Source of the DNA: Gammaproteobacteria bacterium
GTDB taxonomy: Bacteria; Pseudomonadota; Gammaproteobacteria; GCA-001735895
Direction: 5' to 3'
Assembly (NCBI GenBank): GCA_030066085.1
Contig: JASJCI010000001.1
Location: forward strand, 132,380-196,379
Length of the DNA stretch: 64,000 nucleotides
Part shown: positions 30,129 to 40,550 of the stretch, piece after piece
Layout: every line of letters begins with the position of its first letter
Position numbering within the stretch: position 1 is the first letter of the stretch
Notes under the pieces: model-generated
Seen by the model: only the letters and a program-made list of their open reading frames with translations
Told to the model about the DNA's origin: nothing
Database searches by the model: none
Translations under genes and position numbers: made by a program

Positions 30129-30183
30129 TCCGCGCTGTAATAGCATGCGCGGCAAACAGAGACGCACAACCGAGGGGGCATTC

Positions 30184-32052
30184 ATGGCATACAAACAGGA
30201 ATACCAGGCATCGATCGACGACCCGACAGCCTTCTGGGGCGAAAAAGCCAGGGCGCTCGACTGGTACCGTGCGCCGCAAACGGTGCTGTCGACCGACGAA
30301 AACGGCATCTATCGCTGGTTTGCCGACGGTGAACTGAATACCTGTTATCTCGCGCTGGATTATCACGTCGCCAACGGCCGCGGTGACCAGCTTGCCGTGA
30401 TCTACGATTCACCGGTTACCGATCAGCAGCGCAAGATTACCTATGCCGAACTGCTCGACGAGGTCGCGAGCTGCGCCGGCATGCTCGAGGATCTCGGGGT
30501 CGGCAAGGGTGACCGGGTCGTGATCTACCTGCCGATGATCCCGGAAGCCCTGATCTCGATGCTCGCCTGTGCCCGGCTTGGCGCCGTGCATTCCGTGGTA
30601 TTCGGCGGTTTCGCTCCTCCCGAGCTCGCGGTACGTCTCGATGACGCCACGCCCAAGGTGCTGCTGACCGCGTCCTGCGGCATCGAGATCAGCCGCGTGA
30701 TCGAGTACAAGCCGATCGTCGACAAGGCGATCGAGATGGCCGCGCACAAGCCGGATCACTGCGTCGTGCTGCAGCGCCCGCAGGCGCGCGCGGAAATGCA
30801 GGACGGGCGCGACCTCGACTGGCGCGAAGCCGTTGCCGCGGCGTCGCCGGCCGCTTGCGTACCGGTCAAGGGTACGGATCCGCTGTACATTCTCTATACC
30901 TCGGGTACCACCGGCAAACCCAAGGGTGTCGTGCGCGAAAACGGCGGCCACGCGGTGGCGATGAAGTACAGCATGAGCGCGATCTACGACATCGAGCCCG
31001 GCGACGTCTACTGGGCCGCGTCCGACGTCGGCTGGGTCGTCGGTCACTCCTATATCGTTTACGGCCCGCTGATCCACGGTTGCACCACCGTGCTCTACGA
31101 GGGCAAACCGATCATGACGCCGGACGCCGGCGCGTTCTGGCGCGTGATCGCGGAACATGGCGTCAAGGCGCTGTTCACCGCGCCGACCGCGTTTCGCGCG
31201 ATCAAGAAGGAAGACCCCGAGGCCGAGCTGGCGAAACAGTACGACCTGTCCTGCCTGCAGACTATTTTTGCCGCCGGCGAGCGGCTCGATCCGCCGACCT
31301 ACGAGTGGCTGGCGGAAAAGTTCCGGGTACCGGTGCTCGACCACTGGTGGCAGACCGAGACCGGCTGGGCGATTGCCGCCAATATGCACGGACTCGAACC
31401 GATGCCGGTCAAGTCCGGTTCCTCCACCGTCCCGGTGCCCGGTTTCAACGTGCAGATCCTCGACGAGGCCGGCAACCGCGTCGCGGCCGGCGAACAGGGC
31501 TTCATTGCGATCGAGCTGCCGCTGCCGCCGAGCTGTCTTGCCACCATCTGGGGAGACGTCGAGCGTTTCAAGGAGAATTATCTCGAGACCTATCCCGGGT
31601 ATTTCACCACCGGTGATGGCGGTTACATCGACGAGGACGGCTACGTCTTCATCATGGGCCGGGTCGATGACGTGATCAACGTCGCCGGCCATCGCCTCTC
31701 CACCGGCGAAATGGAAGAAGTCGTCGGCAAGCACCCGATGGTCGCGGAATGCGCCGTCATCGGCCGCAGCGACGAGCTCAAGGGACAGATGCCGATGGGG
31801 CTGGTGGTGTTGAAAAACGCCGAGGGAGCCGATCCCGATACCATCGTCAGCGAGCTGGTCGCGATGGTGCGCCAGGACATCGGCGCGGTGGCCGCGTTCA
31901 AGGAAGCCCTGATCGTCGCTCGCCTGCCGAAGACGCGCTCGGGCAAGATCCTGCGCAAGACCCTGCGCGCGATGGTCGACGGCGACGACTACGTCGTGCC
32001 GTCTACGATCGAGGACCCGGCGGTACTCGACGAGATCAAGGCCCTGCTGTAG
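30184..32052 (+). CDS. prpE: Propionyl-CoA synthetase
   Basis: [49 protein letters not shown]; start MAYKQ at 30184. Confidence 0.85.
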   Translation: MAYKQEYQASIDDPTAFWGEKARALDWYRAPQTVLSTDENGIYRWFADGELNTCYLALDYHVANGRGDQLAVIYDSPVTDQQRKITYAELLDEVASCAGMLEDLGVGKGDRVVIYLPMIPEALISMLACARLGAVHSVVFGGFAPPELAVRLDDATPKVLLTASCGIEISRVIEYKPIVDKAIEMAAHKPDHCVVLQRPQARAEMQDGRDLDWREAVAAASPAACVPVKGTDPLYILYTSGTTGKPKGVVRENGGHAVAMKYSMSAIYDIEPGDVYWAASDVGWVVGHSYIVYGPLIHGCTTVLYEGKPIMTPDAGAFWRVIAEHGVKALFTAPTAFRAIKKEDPEAELAKQYDLSCLQTIFAAGERLDPPTYEWLAEKFRVPVLDHWWQTETGWAIAANMHGLEPMPVKSGSSTVPVPGFNVQILDEAGNRVAAGEQGFIAIELPLPPSCLATIWGDVERFKENYLETYPGYFTTGDGGYIDEDGYVFIMGRVDDVINVAGHRLSTGEMEEVVGKHPMVAECAVIGRSDELKGQMPMGLVVLKNAEGADPDTIVSELVAMVRQDIGAVAAFKEALIVARLPKTRSGKILRKTLRAMVDGDDYVVPSTIEDPAVLDEIKALL

Positions 32053-32149
32053 GCAATCCCGTCGCTGCCAGCGGGCCAAGACAGCCCGTAAGGAATAGCC
32101 GGAACCCGTGTCTCGCGGCCGGGCAGGTCGAAGCGCGCAGAAGCACCGT

Positions 32150-32653
32150 CTAGCGATGCTGCGTAACCTGCAGCTGCGGGCCGTTGGCGAGGGTCTGCAA
32201 CACGACGCAATAACGCTCGGTCAGCTGCAGCAGCGAATCGAGCTGTGCTTCGTCGGCATCGGTATCCAGATCGAAAACCAGCCGAATATGGCTGAAGCCG
32301 ACCGGTGCGTCGCGCTCGACCCCGAGCGTGCCGCGAAAGTCGAGATCCCCCTCGGCACGAATCGTCGCAGCGCGCAGTTCCACGCCGATAGCGGTCGCGA
32401 CCGCGTTCAGTGTCACGCCGGCGCAGGCAACCAGCGCCTCGAGCAACATGTCGCCCGAGCACAGCGCGGTGCCATCGCCGCCGGTAGCCGGATGCAGACC
32501 GGCCTGTGCAATCGCCCGACCCGTGTCGACGCTACAGGTAATACCGTCGCCGATACGGCCTTGCGCGCGCAGCGTCACGAGCGCGCTGCCGGGATCGTCA
32601 CGGTAGCGCTGTTTCAGTGGCGCCTGCAGCGCCTTGAGCTGTTCGCTCTGCAT
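32150..32653 (-). CDS. OsmC family protein
   Basis: GLHPATGG, CSGDMLLEALVACAGVT, TERYCVV. Confidence 0.85.
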   Translation of the reverse strand: MQSEQLKALQAPLKQRYRDDPGSALVTLRAQGRIGDGITCSVDTGRAIAQAGLHPATGGDGTALCSGDMLLEALVACAGVTLNAVATAIGVELRAATIRAEGDLDFRGTLGVERDAPVGFSHIRLVFDLDTDADEAQLDSLLQLTERYCVVLQTLANGPQLQVTQHR

Positions 32654-32720
32654 CCGGTTTTCCTCCTGCCGGGTCCGGGGGCGGTCGGGCCATCGATTAA
32701 CGCGGCCAGCCCCGGGGGTC

Positions 32721-33053
32721 TTAATCGTTGTCTTTCAAAATCGGGCGTAAATCATCGAGCCTGTCGAACAGGTGCCAGATGTAGGCATCGGTGCCGTTCT
32801 CGCGGTGCGGATGCAGATCGGCGAGCGCCGGATCGCTATTGTAGTGGTCGAAAGCATCCATCGATTCCCATTCGACCAGGATCATGACCTGCCGGGGCTC
32901 GATGTCACCGGTCGCCGTCGCGCGATACTTGCCCAGCGCCACTACCCGGCCGCCATGCGCGGCAACTTCGGCCACCGAGCGTTTGGCGTAAGCCAGGTAC
33001 TCGTCACGGTTGCTGACGTTGAACAGGTTGAGCGCGTAAACCGGTGCGGACAT
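32721..33053 (-). CDS. DUF1330 domain protein
   Basis: YLAYAKR...AHGGRVV...ILVEWESMDAF dimeric alpha/beta-barrel pattern. Confidence 0.75.
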   Translation of the reverse strand: MSAPVYALNLFNVSNRDEYLAYAKRSVAEVAAHGGRVVALGKYRATATGDIEPRQVMILVEWESMDAFDHYNSDPALADLHPHRENGTDAYIWHLFDRLDDLRPILKDND

Positions 33054-33084
33054 CGTCGAAGCTCCGTCGTATCAATAGCCGCGA

Positions 33085-33414
33085 TTATCGCACGAGCGCG
33101 AGGAAGAAAGGTATCCAGGCGAGCAGCGTGAACAGCATCACCACCAGCTCGATGCGCGCGATGCTGGCGTAGCGCGTCGCCGCATCACCCTCGGCGTCCG
33201 CCGCCTGCACGCGCGACATGACGTAGTCGAACAGGATTACCACCAGCAAGATAGGTGCCATTACCGGCACCACCAGCGTCAGGAAAATACTGGCGAACGA
33301 CTCCTCGTTCGCGTTTACCGTTAGTGCGCCGAACTGTATCAGCAGTGGCGGCAGCGTGTTGAGCAAAGCCAGTGCGAGCAGCGACAGGCGTAAAATTCCA
33401 AGTGTACTTAACAT
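33085..33414 (-). CDS. Hypothetical membrane protein (about 3 TM)
   Basis: Three hydrophobic segments; fits between co-oriented genes. Confidence 0.7.
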   Translation of the reverse strand: MLSTLGILRLSLLALALLNTLPPLLIQFGALTVNANEESFASIFLTLVVPVMAPILLVVILFDYVMSRVQAADAEGDAATRYASIARIELVVMLFTLLAWIPFFLALVR

Positions 33415-33425
33415 GCTAACTACTT

Positions 33426-34568
33426 TCAGGTTGCCTGATCGATCAGGGCGATGACCAGGTCCATGACGTTGGTGTGGGTGGGACCGGTTACGAACAGCGC
33501 ATCCCGCTGCTCGAGAAACGGCCCGGCATCGGCCGCCTGCAGCGCGGCGCGCGCCGCGTCGCTATCGTTCCAGGTGGCTCCGTCGACCAGTCCGCCGGCA
33601 GCCTCGGTCGGGCCGTCGGTGCCGTCGGTACCGGCAACCAGGATCGAGATGTCGTCACGGTCGGCGATAGACTCGGACAGCGCCAGCGCGAGGCTCTGGT
33701 TGCGCCCGCCGCGGCCGGGATGCTCCGGCAGGACCACCGTCGGTTCACCACCCCAGATGTAAACGCCGGGCGCAGCATCTCGCAGGCGCTCGGCCAGCTT
33801 CGGCGCGAGTTCGAACAGGTCGCCGTACAGCGATTCCTCGTCGACAACCACCTCGAGTCCCAGTTCCCGCGCCCGGCGAGCGGCCCGCTCGCGCGCAATG
33901 CGGTTCGACGCGACTATGCTGGCGCGGCACTTCGCCCCGGCGCAGCAGCAGTCGCCCAGACCCGAGCCGATGGTCTCGATACCGTCACCCTCGACATCGG
34001 AGATTGCGTAGCTGCGCACCTCCGCACCATTGAATACCTCGATCAGCTTGCCGTCCTTGATACGGGATACCTGCTTGCGACGGGCGTTGATCTGCGCAAT
34101 GGTTTTGCCGCCGGCAATCATTTCGTCGGTCATGGCCTGCAGGTCTTCGAGGCTCATGTCGTCCGGCAATGCCTCCGCCAGCGCCGATGCTCCACCGGAC
34201 ACCAGCAACAGCAGTCGACTGCCTGCGCCGAGTTCGGCGACCCGTTCGAGCAGGCGGGCGCCGGCCCTGAGCGAATTGCGATCCGGGATCGGGTGCGCCG
34301 CCTCGATCATTTCGACCCGCGGATTGTCCAGCAGGTCCGGATCCGCGTGCTGGTACTTGGTTACCACCAGCGCCGCGGCCCGCGGGAATTGCTCGAGCGC
34401 GCCTTTCGCCATACCGGAAGCCGCCTTGCCCACGGCCACGATCAGCTCGGGCTCGAACGGGGTGTCGGTTGCGAGTGCATTCAGCACGGCCCCGCGTCCC
34501 TCGACCGCGCCCACCGCGGCGCGCCAGATTTCGAGTATCGCCTGTTCTCGTGCCTGCTTTTGCATCAT
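33426..34568 (-). CDS. Glycerate kinase type 2 (DUF4147/MOFRL, TtuD-like)
   Basis: AVGKAA, AAHPIPD, VSGGASAL, GGEPTV, GRGGRNQ, GTDGTDG, TNVMDL. Confidence 0.9.
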   Translation of the reverse strand: MMQKQAREQAILEIWRAAVGAVEGRGAVLNALATDTPFEPELIVAVGKAASGMAKGALEQFPRAAALVVTKYQHADPDLLDNPRVEMIEAAHPIPDRNSLRAGARLLERVAELGAGSRLLLLVSGGASALAEALPDDMSLEDLQAMTDEMIAGGKTIAQINARRKQVSRIKDGKLIEVFNGAEVRSYAISDVEGDGIETIGSGLGDCCCAGAKCRASIVASNRIARERAARRARELGLEVVVDEESLYGDLFELAPKLAERLRDAAPGVYIWGGEPTVVLPEHPGRGGRNQSLALALSESIADRDDISILVAGTDGTDGPTEAAGGLVDGATWNDSDAARAALQAADAGPFLEQRDALFVTGPTHTNVMDLVIALIDQAT

Positions 34569-34699
34569 GGGCCCTGCCAGGCCTCCGCCGAGGCGCCGTT
34601 CGCAACGCGCCAGGCGGGAGCACCCGCCGCCGCGGCGATTGGAGAAGCCGCGTCGCGAGCGTTATCATGTTTCACCGACAATTGCAGCGAGGTACTGCC

Positions 34700-35230
34700 A
34701 TGAGCACATCCGCGACCACCAGACTCAACGACGTCGATCTCGAAGCCGTCGCCGGCCTGGCCGGCAAGATCCAGCAGCAACCCGGGGTTGCTGACACCAG
34801 CTGGAGCGCCAGGGTCAGCTGGAAAGGCGGCTTCCGCTCGGAGGCGCAAATACGGGAGTTCGGGCCCATCACGTCCGACGAACCCGCGCAGCTCGGCGGC
34901 ACCGATACCGGACCCAACCCGGTCGAGCAGCTGCTGGCCGCCCTCGGCAATTGCCTGGCGGTCGGTTACGCCGCCAATGCCAGCGCCGCCGGTATCGAGA
35001 TTCGTGACCTGTCGATCGAGCTCGAGGGCGAGCTCGACCTGCACACCTTTCTCGGGCTTGCGCCGGGGGGTAATGCCGGCTACGACAATATCTCGGTGCG
35101 GGTCAGGATCGACTGCGACGCACCGGCCGCAGCGCTCGAAGCGCTGCATGACAGGGTTGTCGGTACCTCGCCGGTCGGGCACACGCTCGCGCGCGCGGTG
35201 CCGCTCAAGATCGAGCTCGATCATTCGTAA
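34700..35230 (+). CDS. OsmC family protein
   Basis: DEPAQLGGTDTGPNPVEQLLAALGNC; second Cys position is Ser (TSPV); ATG at 34700. Confidence 0.85.
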   Translation: MSTSATTRLNDVDLEAVAGLAGKIQQQPGVADTSWSARVSWKGGFRSEAQIREFGPITSDEPAQLGGTDTGPNPVEQLLAALGNCLAVGYAANASAAGIEIRDLSIELEGELDLHTFLGLAPGGNAGYDNISVRVRIDCDAPAAALEALHDRVVGTSPVGHTLARAVPLKIELDHS

Positions 35231-36042
35231 AACACGAACGCGCGGGTTTCGATGCTCTCGCGCGGCGCGGCATCGGCCGGCGCATCCGGCAGGTGGATCG
35301 CGGTGTGGATGCTGCACGGCCTGCGACCGCCGTCGATCGAGTCGAAGGTGCGAAACAGCAGCACCTCGTCCGGCCGCATTCGGGGGTAGTAGAACCAGCG
35401 CTGGCGGTCCGAGTGCAGCGCCAGCTGGATTTCACCGACATGATTCGGTGCGCGCCGCTCGGTATCGACCAGGTCGTCATCGGCGAGACTGCGCGCGTCG
35501 ACCAGCGCCAGCGGGTAGTCCTCGACCGGATCGACCAGCGGCCGCCAGACGTTGACGATCTGGAAACGATCCCGTGCCAGCTGCTCGGCCTCGTCGCCGA
35601 GCTGTTCGCGCAGGCAGACGAAGCCCGAATTCGACGTGTAATCATTGTGCACCAGGGTCGCGGGCTCGCGTACCTGCTTGCGTTCGCGCAGCCCGGGATC
35701 CGAGGCGCGTACGGTGTGGTCGAAGATGTGAACCCGCGACGCACCGGTGACACGCTGCAGGAAATCGACGATTTCGGTTTCGTAAACGCTTTCGATCTGT
35801 GCCGGATCGAGAAAATTCTTCACCGCGCTGGCAAACCGCATCAAATCGAATCCCGACGGATGCTGGCCGAGCTCGCGCGCCTGCTCGTCGTCCTCGCGCA
35901 CGCGCGCATCCTCGACCGCGACCCGCACGACGCGCATCGGCTGGTCGATTTCGTGCCGCGCGTCGCGTCCCGCGCTGGATGCATAGTAGACCGGGCGTTC
36001 GCTGCGCCCGGCAAGGTACTCGACTTCGGCCTCGACGCTCAT
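35221..36042 (-). CDS. CmcJ/NvfI-family oxidoreductase
   Basis: FDHTVR, VHNDYT, VNVWRPL, PLALVDARSL, EVLLF, HTA, RESIETR. Confidence 0.82.
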   Translation of the reverse strand: MSVEAEVEYLAGRSERPVYYASSAGRDARHEIDQPMRVVRVAVEDARVREDDEQARELGQHPSGFDLMRFASAVKNFLDPAQIESVYETEIVDFLQRVTGASRVHIFDHTVRASDPGLRERKQVREPATLVHNDYTSNSGFVCLREQLGDEAEQLARDRFQIVNVWRPLVDPVEDYPLALVDARSLADDDLVDTERRAPNHVGEIQLALHSDRQRWFYYPRMRPDEVLLFRTFDSIDGGRRPCSIHTAIHLPDAPADAAPRESIETRAFVFYE

Positions 36043-36142
36043 GGGTGGTTGGACCTCTCTCGGGTTGGCTGGTGGATGAAAACGCGCGAACTCTTTTCGC
36101 TGGTAACATAAAGTCTCGCGCGCGAATGTAAAGCCGGGCGTT

Positions 36143-37312
36143 TCATAAATTCTCGAGGAACTGGCCGATACGTCGGCAGGCTTCGCGCAACTCGTCATCC
36201 GAGACCGTGCAGGATACGCGCACGTGACCCGCGGCACTGGCACCGAAAGCGCTGGCATCGAGCAGGGATACGCCGGTCGTATCGTACAGGCGGCGGGTAA
36301 ACTCGCCGACCTCGAGGCCCGTGCCGCGCACGTCTACCATCATGAACATCCCGGCATCGGGTAACAGCGGCTTGAGTCCCGGCATCGCGTCCAGCGCCGC
36401 GAACAGGTAGTCGCGCCGTTGGCGATAAATTGCGGCCATGCGCGCAAGTTCGTCGTTACAGTGGGTCAGCGCCTCGGCGCCGGCCTGCTGAATAAAGCCC
36501 GGCAGACCATAGAGCATGCACAGGGCCAGTTTTTCCAGGTGCGCGATCATGCGTTCGGGCGCGACCGCCCAGCCGACCCGCCAGCCCGACATCGCATAGG
36601 ACTTCGACAGGCTGCCGATGGTGACCAGGCGATCGTCGATACCGTCGACCGCGGCGGTGGGATGAAACTCACCTTCGAACACGAAATCGCCGTAGACCTC
36701 GTCGGCCACGATCCACAGGTCATGCCGCCGGGCGAGTTCGGCGATGTATTCCAGTTCTTCGCGGTTTAGCGCAATGCCGGTGGGATTGCTGGGCGAAGCA
36801 TAGAATATCGCGCGCGTGCGTTCGCTGATCGCCGCCTCCAGCGCCTCCGGGTCGAGGCGAAAACCGCGCTCGGCAGCGAGAACTACCGGCACCAGCCTGG
36901 CCCCCGGCGCCTGGATCGTGGCCTCGTAAGTAACGTACATCGGCTGCAACACGATCGCCTCGTCCCCGGCATCGAGCAGGCACTGCGCGCAGGCAAACAG
37001 CGCATTTTGCGCGCCCGAGGTCGTGATCACCCGCTTACTGTCGACCGGTCGGCCGCAGATGCGCGCATGGCGCGCGGCAATGGCGTCGCGCAGTTCCTGG
37101 TGACCGAGAATCGAGGTGTAGTGGGTGTCACCCTGCTGCATCGCGCGTACCGCGCGTTCGACGATGCGCCCCGGCGTGGCGAAATCCGGATCGCCGACGC
37201 TGAGTACGATCACGTCTTCGCCGCGCGCCTGCGCCTGCCTGGCCTCGTAGTGCAGGTCCCAGGCATCGGCGGCGTCGCCGCGCACGCGTTCGGTCAAGCC
37301 TGAATATCTCAT
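36143..37312 (-). CDS. Class I/II PLP aminotransferase (AruH-like)
   Basis: LSVGDPDF, PSNPTG, ADEVY, SLSKSYAMSGWRVGW. Confidence 0.9.
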   Translation of the reverse strand: MRYSGLTERVRGDAADAWDLHYEARQAQARGEDVIVLSVGDPDFATPGRIVERAVRAMQQGDTHYTSILGHQELRDAIAARHARICGRPVDSKRVITTSGAQNALFACAQCLLDAGDEAIVLQPMYVTYEATIQAPGARLVPVVLAAERGFRLDPEALEAAISERTRAIFYASPSNPTGIALNREELEYIAELARRHDLWIVADEVYGDFVFEGEFHPTAAVDGIDDRLVTIGSLSKSYAMSGWRVGWAVAPERMIAHLEKLALCMLYGLPGFIQQAGAEALTHCNDELARMAAIYRQRRDYLFAALDAMPGLKPLLPDAGMFMMVDVRGTGLEVGEFTRRLYDTTGVSLLDASAFGASAAGHVRVSCTVSDDELREACRRIGQFLENL

Positions 37313-37325
37313 GAGTTTTTCGGCG

Positions 37326-37910
37326 TTATTCCCAGCCCGGTCGCAATTCGTCGAGCAGCGGAACGATCCAGGGTTTGTGCACCAGCAGTTCGTCGCGACT
37401 GTTGCCGGTCAGCTCGTAAGGCAGCACCAGCCAGTCGTCGCAGCGTTCCAGGTAGTAGTCGGGCGGTGGATTGGCCTGCAAGGGGTCCTCGCGGTAATAC
37501 GGCGCCGCCACGCGCACCTCCTGCGGCATGTTGCGCCGGGTATTCTGCCGCAGGCGATCGATGACCGCGTGCACGTTGCGCCCGGTACTGTAGACGTCGT
37601 CGACGATCAGCAGCGAGTTTTCGGCATCGAGGTTTTCGAACAGGTACTGCAGGCCGTGCGCGCGTATGTCGGTACCCTGCTGCAACTGACGGAAGTAATC
37701 ATCGCGTCCCTGGTAGGAAGTACGGATCGCGATGTGGTCGGTCTCGACCCCGAGATACTGCAGGCATTCCTGTACGTAGATCCCGACCGTCGAGCCGCCG
37801 CGCCAGACGCCGACGATGAAATCGGGTCGCAGCCCGCTGTCGTATATCAGCACCGCGAGCCGGTAGGAATCCTGCAGCAACCGGGTCTCGTCGATGAATC
37901 GTTTTTGCAT
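37326..37910 (-). CDS. Type I phosphoribosyltransferase
   Basis: GVWRGG, DHIAIRTSY, LLIVDDVYSTG PRPP loop. Confidence 0.88.
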   Translation of the reverse strand: MQKRFIDETRLLQDSYRLAVLIYDSGLRPDFIVGVWRGGSTVGIYVQECLQYLGVETDHIAIRTSYQGRDDYFRQLQQGTDIRAHGLQYLFENLDAENSLLIVDDVYSTGRNVHAVIDRLRQNTRRNMPQEVRVAAPYYREDPLQANPPPDYYLERCDDWLVLPYELTGNSRDELLVHKPWIVPLLDELRPGWE

Positions 37911-37982
37911 CGAAAATGTTTCCCCGCGGGGGCCTGTGATATTCTGCGAAGACTATCACAGGCGACGCCGAATGCACCCCCG

Positions 37983-38561
37983 ATGACCGAAAAACAGTAC
38001 CTGTCGGCCCAGCAGCTGCTGGAGGATTCGTTTCGCCTGGGTGCCGAGGTAATCAGGGACGGATTTCGCCCCAGCATTATGATCGCGATCTGGCGCGGCG
38101 GGGTGCCGATGGGAATCGCGATCCAGGAACTGTTTGCCTGGTACGGCATCGACACGGATCACATCGCGATCCGCACTTCTTCATACACCGGGATCGACGG
38201 CCAGTCGCCGGAGATTCGCATTCACGGCCTGAACTACGTCGTCAAGAACTGCAGCCGCGAGGACAGCCTGTTGATCGTCGACGACGTGTTCGATACCGGG
38301 GTAACGATCGACGCCGTAATCGCACGCCTCGAGGACAGGGCGCGGCGCAACACGCCACACGACATCCGTGTCGCGGTGCCCTACTACAAACCATCGCGCA
38401 ACCGTAGCGGGCGCGTGCCGGACTACTACCTCCACGAAACCGAGGCCTGGCTCAAGTATCCGCACTCGCTCGAAGGGCTCGGCATCGAGGAAGTGGCTGC
38501 CAATCGACCGGAGCTGTACGACATCATCAAGGATCGGCTGGACTCGCCACCTGGGAAATAA
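37983..38561 (+). CDS. Type I phosphoribosyltransferase (paralog)
   Basis: Start MTEKQY at 37983; AIWRGG, DHIAIRTSSY, LLIVDDVFDTG. Confidence 0.88.
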   Translation: MTEKQYLSAQQLLEDSFRLGAEVIRDGFRPSIMIAIWRGGVPMGIAIQELFAWYGIDTDHIAIRTSSYTGIDGQSPEIRIHGLNYVVKNCSREDSLLIVDDVFDTGVTIDAVIARLEDRARRNTPHDIRVAVPYYKPSRNRSGRVPDYYLHETEAWLKYPHSLEGLGIEEVAANRPELYDIIKDRLDSPPGK

Positions 38562-39753
38562 CCGAGTGCCCGGCGGGCGCCGGCGTCGCCGACAGCTTGA
38601 GGAAAACACAGATACAGCCCGACGAAAACGCGAGCGCGGCAGCGGCAACAAAGGCAAAGGCGAGTTCGAACTCGGCAATCAGTCCGGCCAGCAGTGCACC
38701 GAACATGCCGACGCCGTCGAGCACGGTAAACACCACCCCCAGCGTGGTAGCCTCGGACTTGCCGGAGTATTCCACCGCCGCCGCCAGCACCACCGGGCGC
38801 ACCGCGGTCAGCATCACGACCGCCGGGGTCAGTCCGGCCAGCGCCCAGAACAGGCCGTCGCCGACACCCGCGACCAGGGCGAAAAAACTGGCGGCGAACA
38901 GCGTCAGCAGGATCAGCGGTTTGCGTCCACGAGTATCGCTGTACTTGCCGAACACGGGTTGAAACAAGCTGCCCAGCATCAGGATGGCCGCAAATATCAG
39001 GCCGGCGTAGAACGGCGACAGGCCGTGTTCGCTCTGGAAAAACAGCGGCGCCATGGCCAGCTGCCCGACCAGGGCCATGTTGTACAGGATCATTACCGCC
39101 ATCAGCGCGAGGCCTGCCGGGCGAAACCATTGCCGCGCCAGCCCGCGGAAATCGATCGGGTTGACCCGTCCCGGATTGTCGCGACTGATGCGGCTTGCAA
39201 CCGGTATGAACAGGATGCCCATCAAAACAGCCGGTAATACCAGGATTTGCAGCGTTGTCTGCCAGTCGAACCACCCTAGCAGGAACCCGGTCGACAGCGG
39301 ACCCAGCACCTCGGCACCGATGCTGCCGCCAATCGCGTGAATACCGAGCGCCTGCGCGCGGCGCTCGGGTAACTCCTTGACCAGTACGCCGGTGGCCACC
39401 GGGTGCCAGAACGCATCACCCATGACCCCGAAAGCGAGCAACAGGGTGACCGCCCAGAATCCCGGCGCCAGCGTCGCGCACAGGTAGCCGATAGCGACCC
39501 ACCAGAAACTGAGCAGCATCAGCAGTCCGGGACGCGTCGACCGATCGGACAGGATGCCCGCCGGGATGTAGGCGAGGCCGGCACCGATCCCGTTGACGGT
39601 CAGTATCAGTCCCACCTCGGTGGGTCCGAGCCCCATGCTCGCGGCAATTGCCGGCGCCAGCAGCCACAGCGTGCCGGCAACCCAGTCGTTGGTCATGTGG
39701 CCCAGCGACAGCGCGCCGAGCAGGAAACGGTGTTGGCGGGTCAGTGGCGCCAC
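38527..39753 (-). CDS. MFS transporter (Fsr-like)
   Basis: About 12 TM; GILSDR and GKYSDTRGRK motif-A repeats; FWHPVA. Confidence 0.85.
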   Translation of the reverse strand: MAPLTRQHRFLLGALSLGHMTNDWVAGTLWLLAPAIAASMGLGPTEVGLILTVNGIGAGLAYIPAGILSDRSTRPGLLMLLSFWWVAIGYLCATLAPGFWAVTLLLAFGVMGDAFWHPVATGVLVKELPERRAQALGIHAIGGSIGAEVLGPLSTGFLLGWFDWQTTLQILVLPAVLMGILFIPVASRISRDNPGRVNPIDFRGLARQWFRPAGLALMAVMILYNMALVGQLAMAPLFFQSEHGLSPFYAGLIFAAILMLGSLFQPVFGKYSDTRGRKPLILLTLFAASFFALVAGVGDGLFWALAGLTPAVVMLTAVRPVVLAAAVEYSGKSEATTLGVVFTVLDGVGMFGALLAGLIAEFELAFAFVAAAALAFSSGCICVFLKLSATPAPAGHSVISQVASPADP

Positions 39754-39756
39754 CGG

Positions 39757-40539
39757 CTACATTTCCATCGTTTGCGCCCGCGGTTTCAGGCTGACCTGCT
39801 GCAGCTGGCGATAGAACGGCAGGTGATGGTCGAGAAAGTCGCGCAGCTGCGGCGCATCGCGACACAGCTGTTCGAATGCCTCGGCCGCGCGTCGTTCCTC
39901 GTCCGCAGCCGGGGGACGGATACCGCGCGAACTGGTGACGTCACGGTGCCATCCCTGCACGTATTGCCAGTCTTCCGGCGCGGCCGCGGGGTCCCAGCGG
40001 AGAGCCTGGTCGCGATAGTCGAGGCCCAGCATGCGCCAGAATCGACGCATCATGCCCGCGGTATCGGCCTGGACCAGTTCGGCTTCCAGTACCGGCCCCG
40101 GGACAATTCCGGCATCGAGCAGGCGGCTGTAATGCTGCCACTGGGCTTCGAGCCCGACTTCGTAGCAGGTCAATTCCGGATCGAGCCGATAGAAGGACGG
40201 AATAGCCCGCAGCGGGTTGCGTACCAGGAAACAATGCACGATGCGACGATAGAAATCACCGTGATCGAACAGCTCCGGCATCACGTAGTAGCTCATGTCC
40301 TTGACGAACACCGCCGCGGTTTCCGCCTTTTGCAGGATCAGGTCGCGGGTTTCGACGTAACTCGAGGGATGGCCGCACTGGCCGGAGAAATGCGCCAGCT
40401 CGCGATCGCCGCGCTTCGCGTAGTAGTACTGCAGGAACGGTTCGTGCAGGCAATCGAAATCGCCGCGTTCGCGCATGATGCGTTCGATCGCGGTCGACAT
40501 GGACCGCGGGTGGGCCCAGAGTACGACTATCGGAAACAT
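39757..40539 (-). CDS. Sulfotransferase-like P-loop protein
   Basis: LWAHPRSMSTAIER, LHEPF, FVKDM, FLVRNP; start MFPIV at 40539. Confidence 0.75.
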   Translation of the reverse strand: MFPIVVLWAHPRSMSTAIERIMRERGDFDCLHEPFLQYYYAKRGDRELAHFSGQCGHPSSYVETRDLILQKAETAAVFVKDMSYYVMPELFDHGDFYRRIVHCFLVRNPLRAIPSFYRLDPELTCYEVGLEAQWQHYSRLLDAGIVPGPVLEAELVQADTAGMMRRFWRMLGLDYRDQALRWDPAAAPEDWQYVQGWHRDVTSSRGIRPPAADEERRAAEAFEQLCRDAPQLRDFLDHHLPFYRQLQQVSLKPRAQTMEM

Positions 40540-40550
40540 GATCCAGGCGG

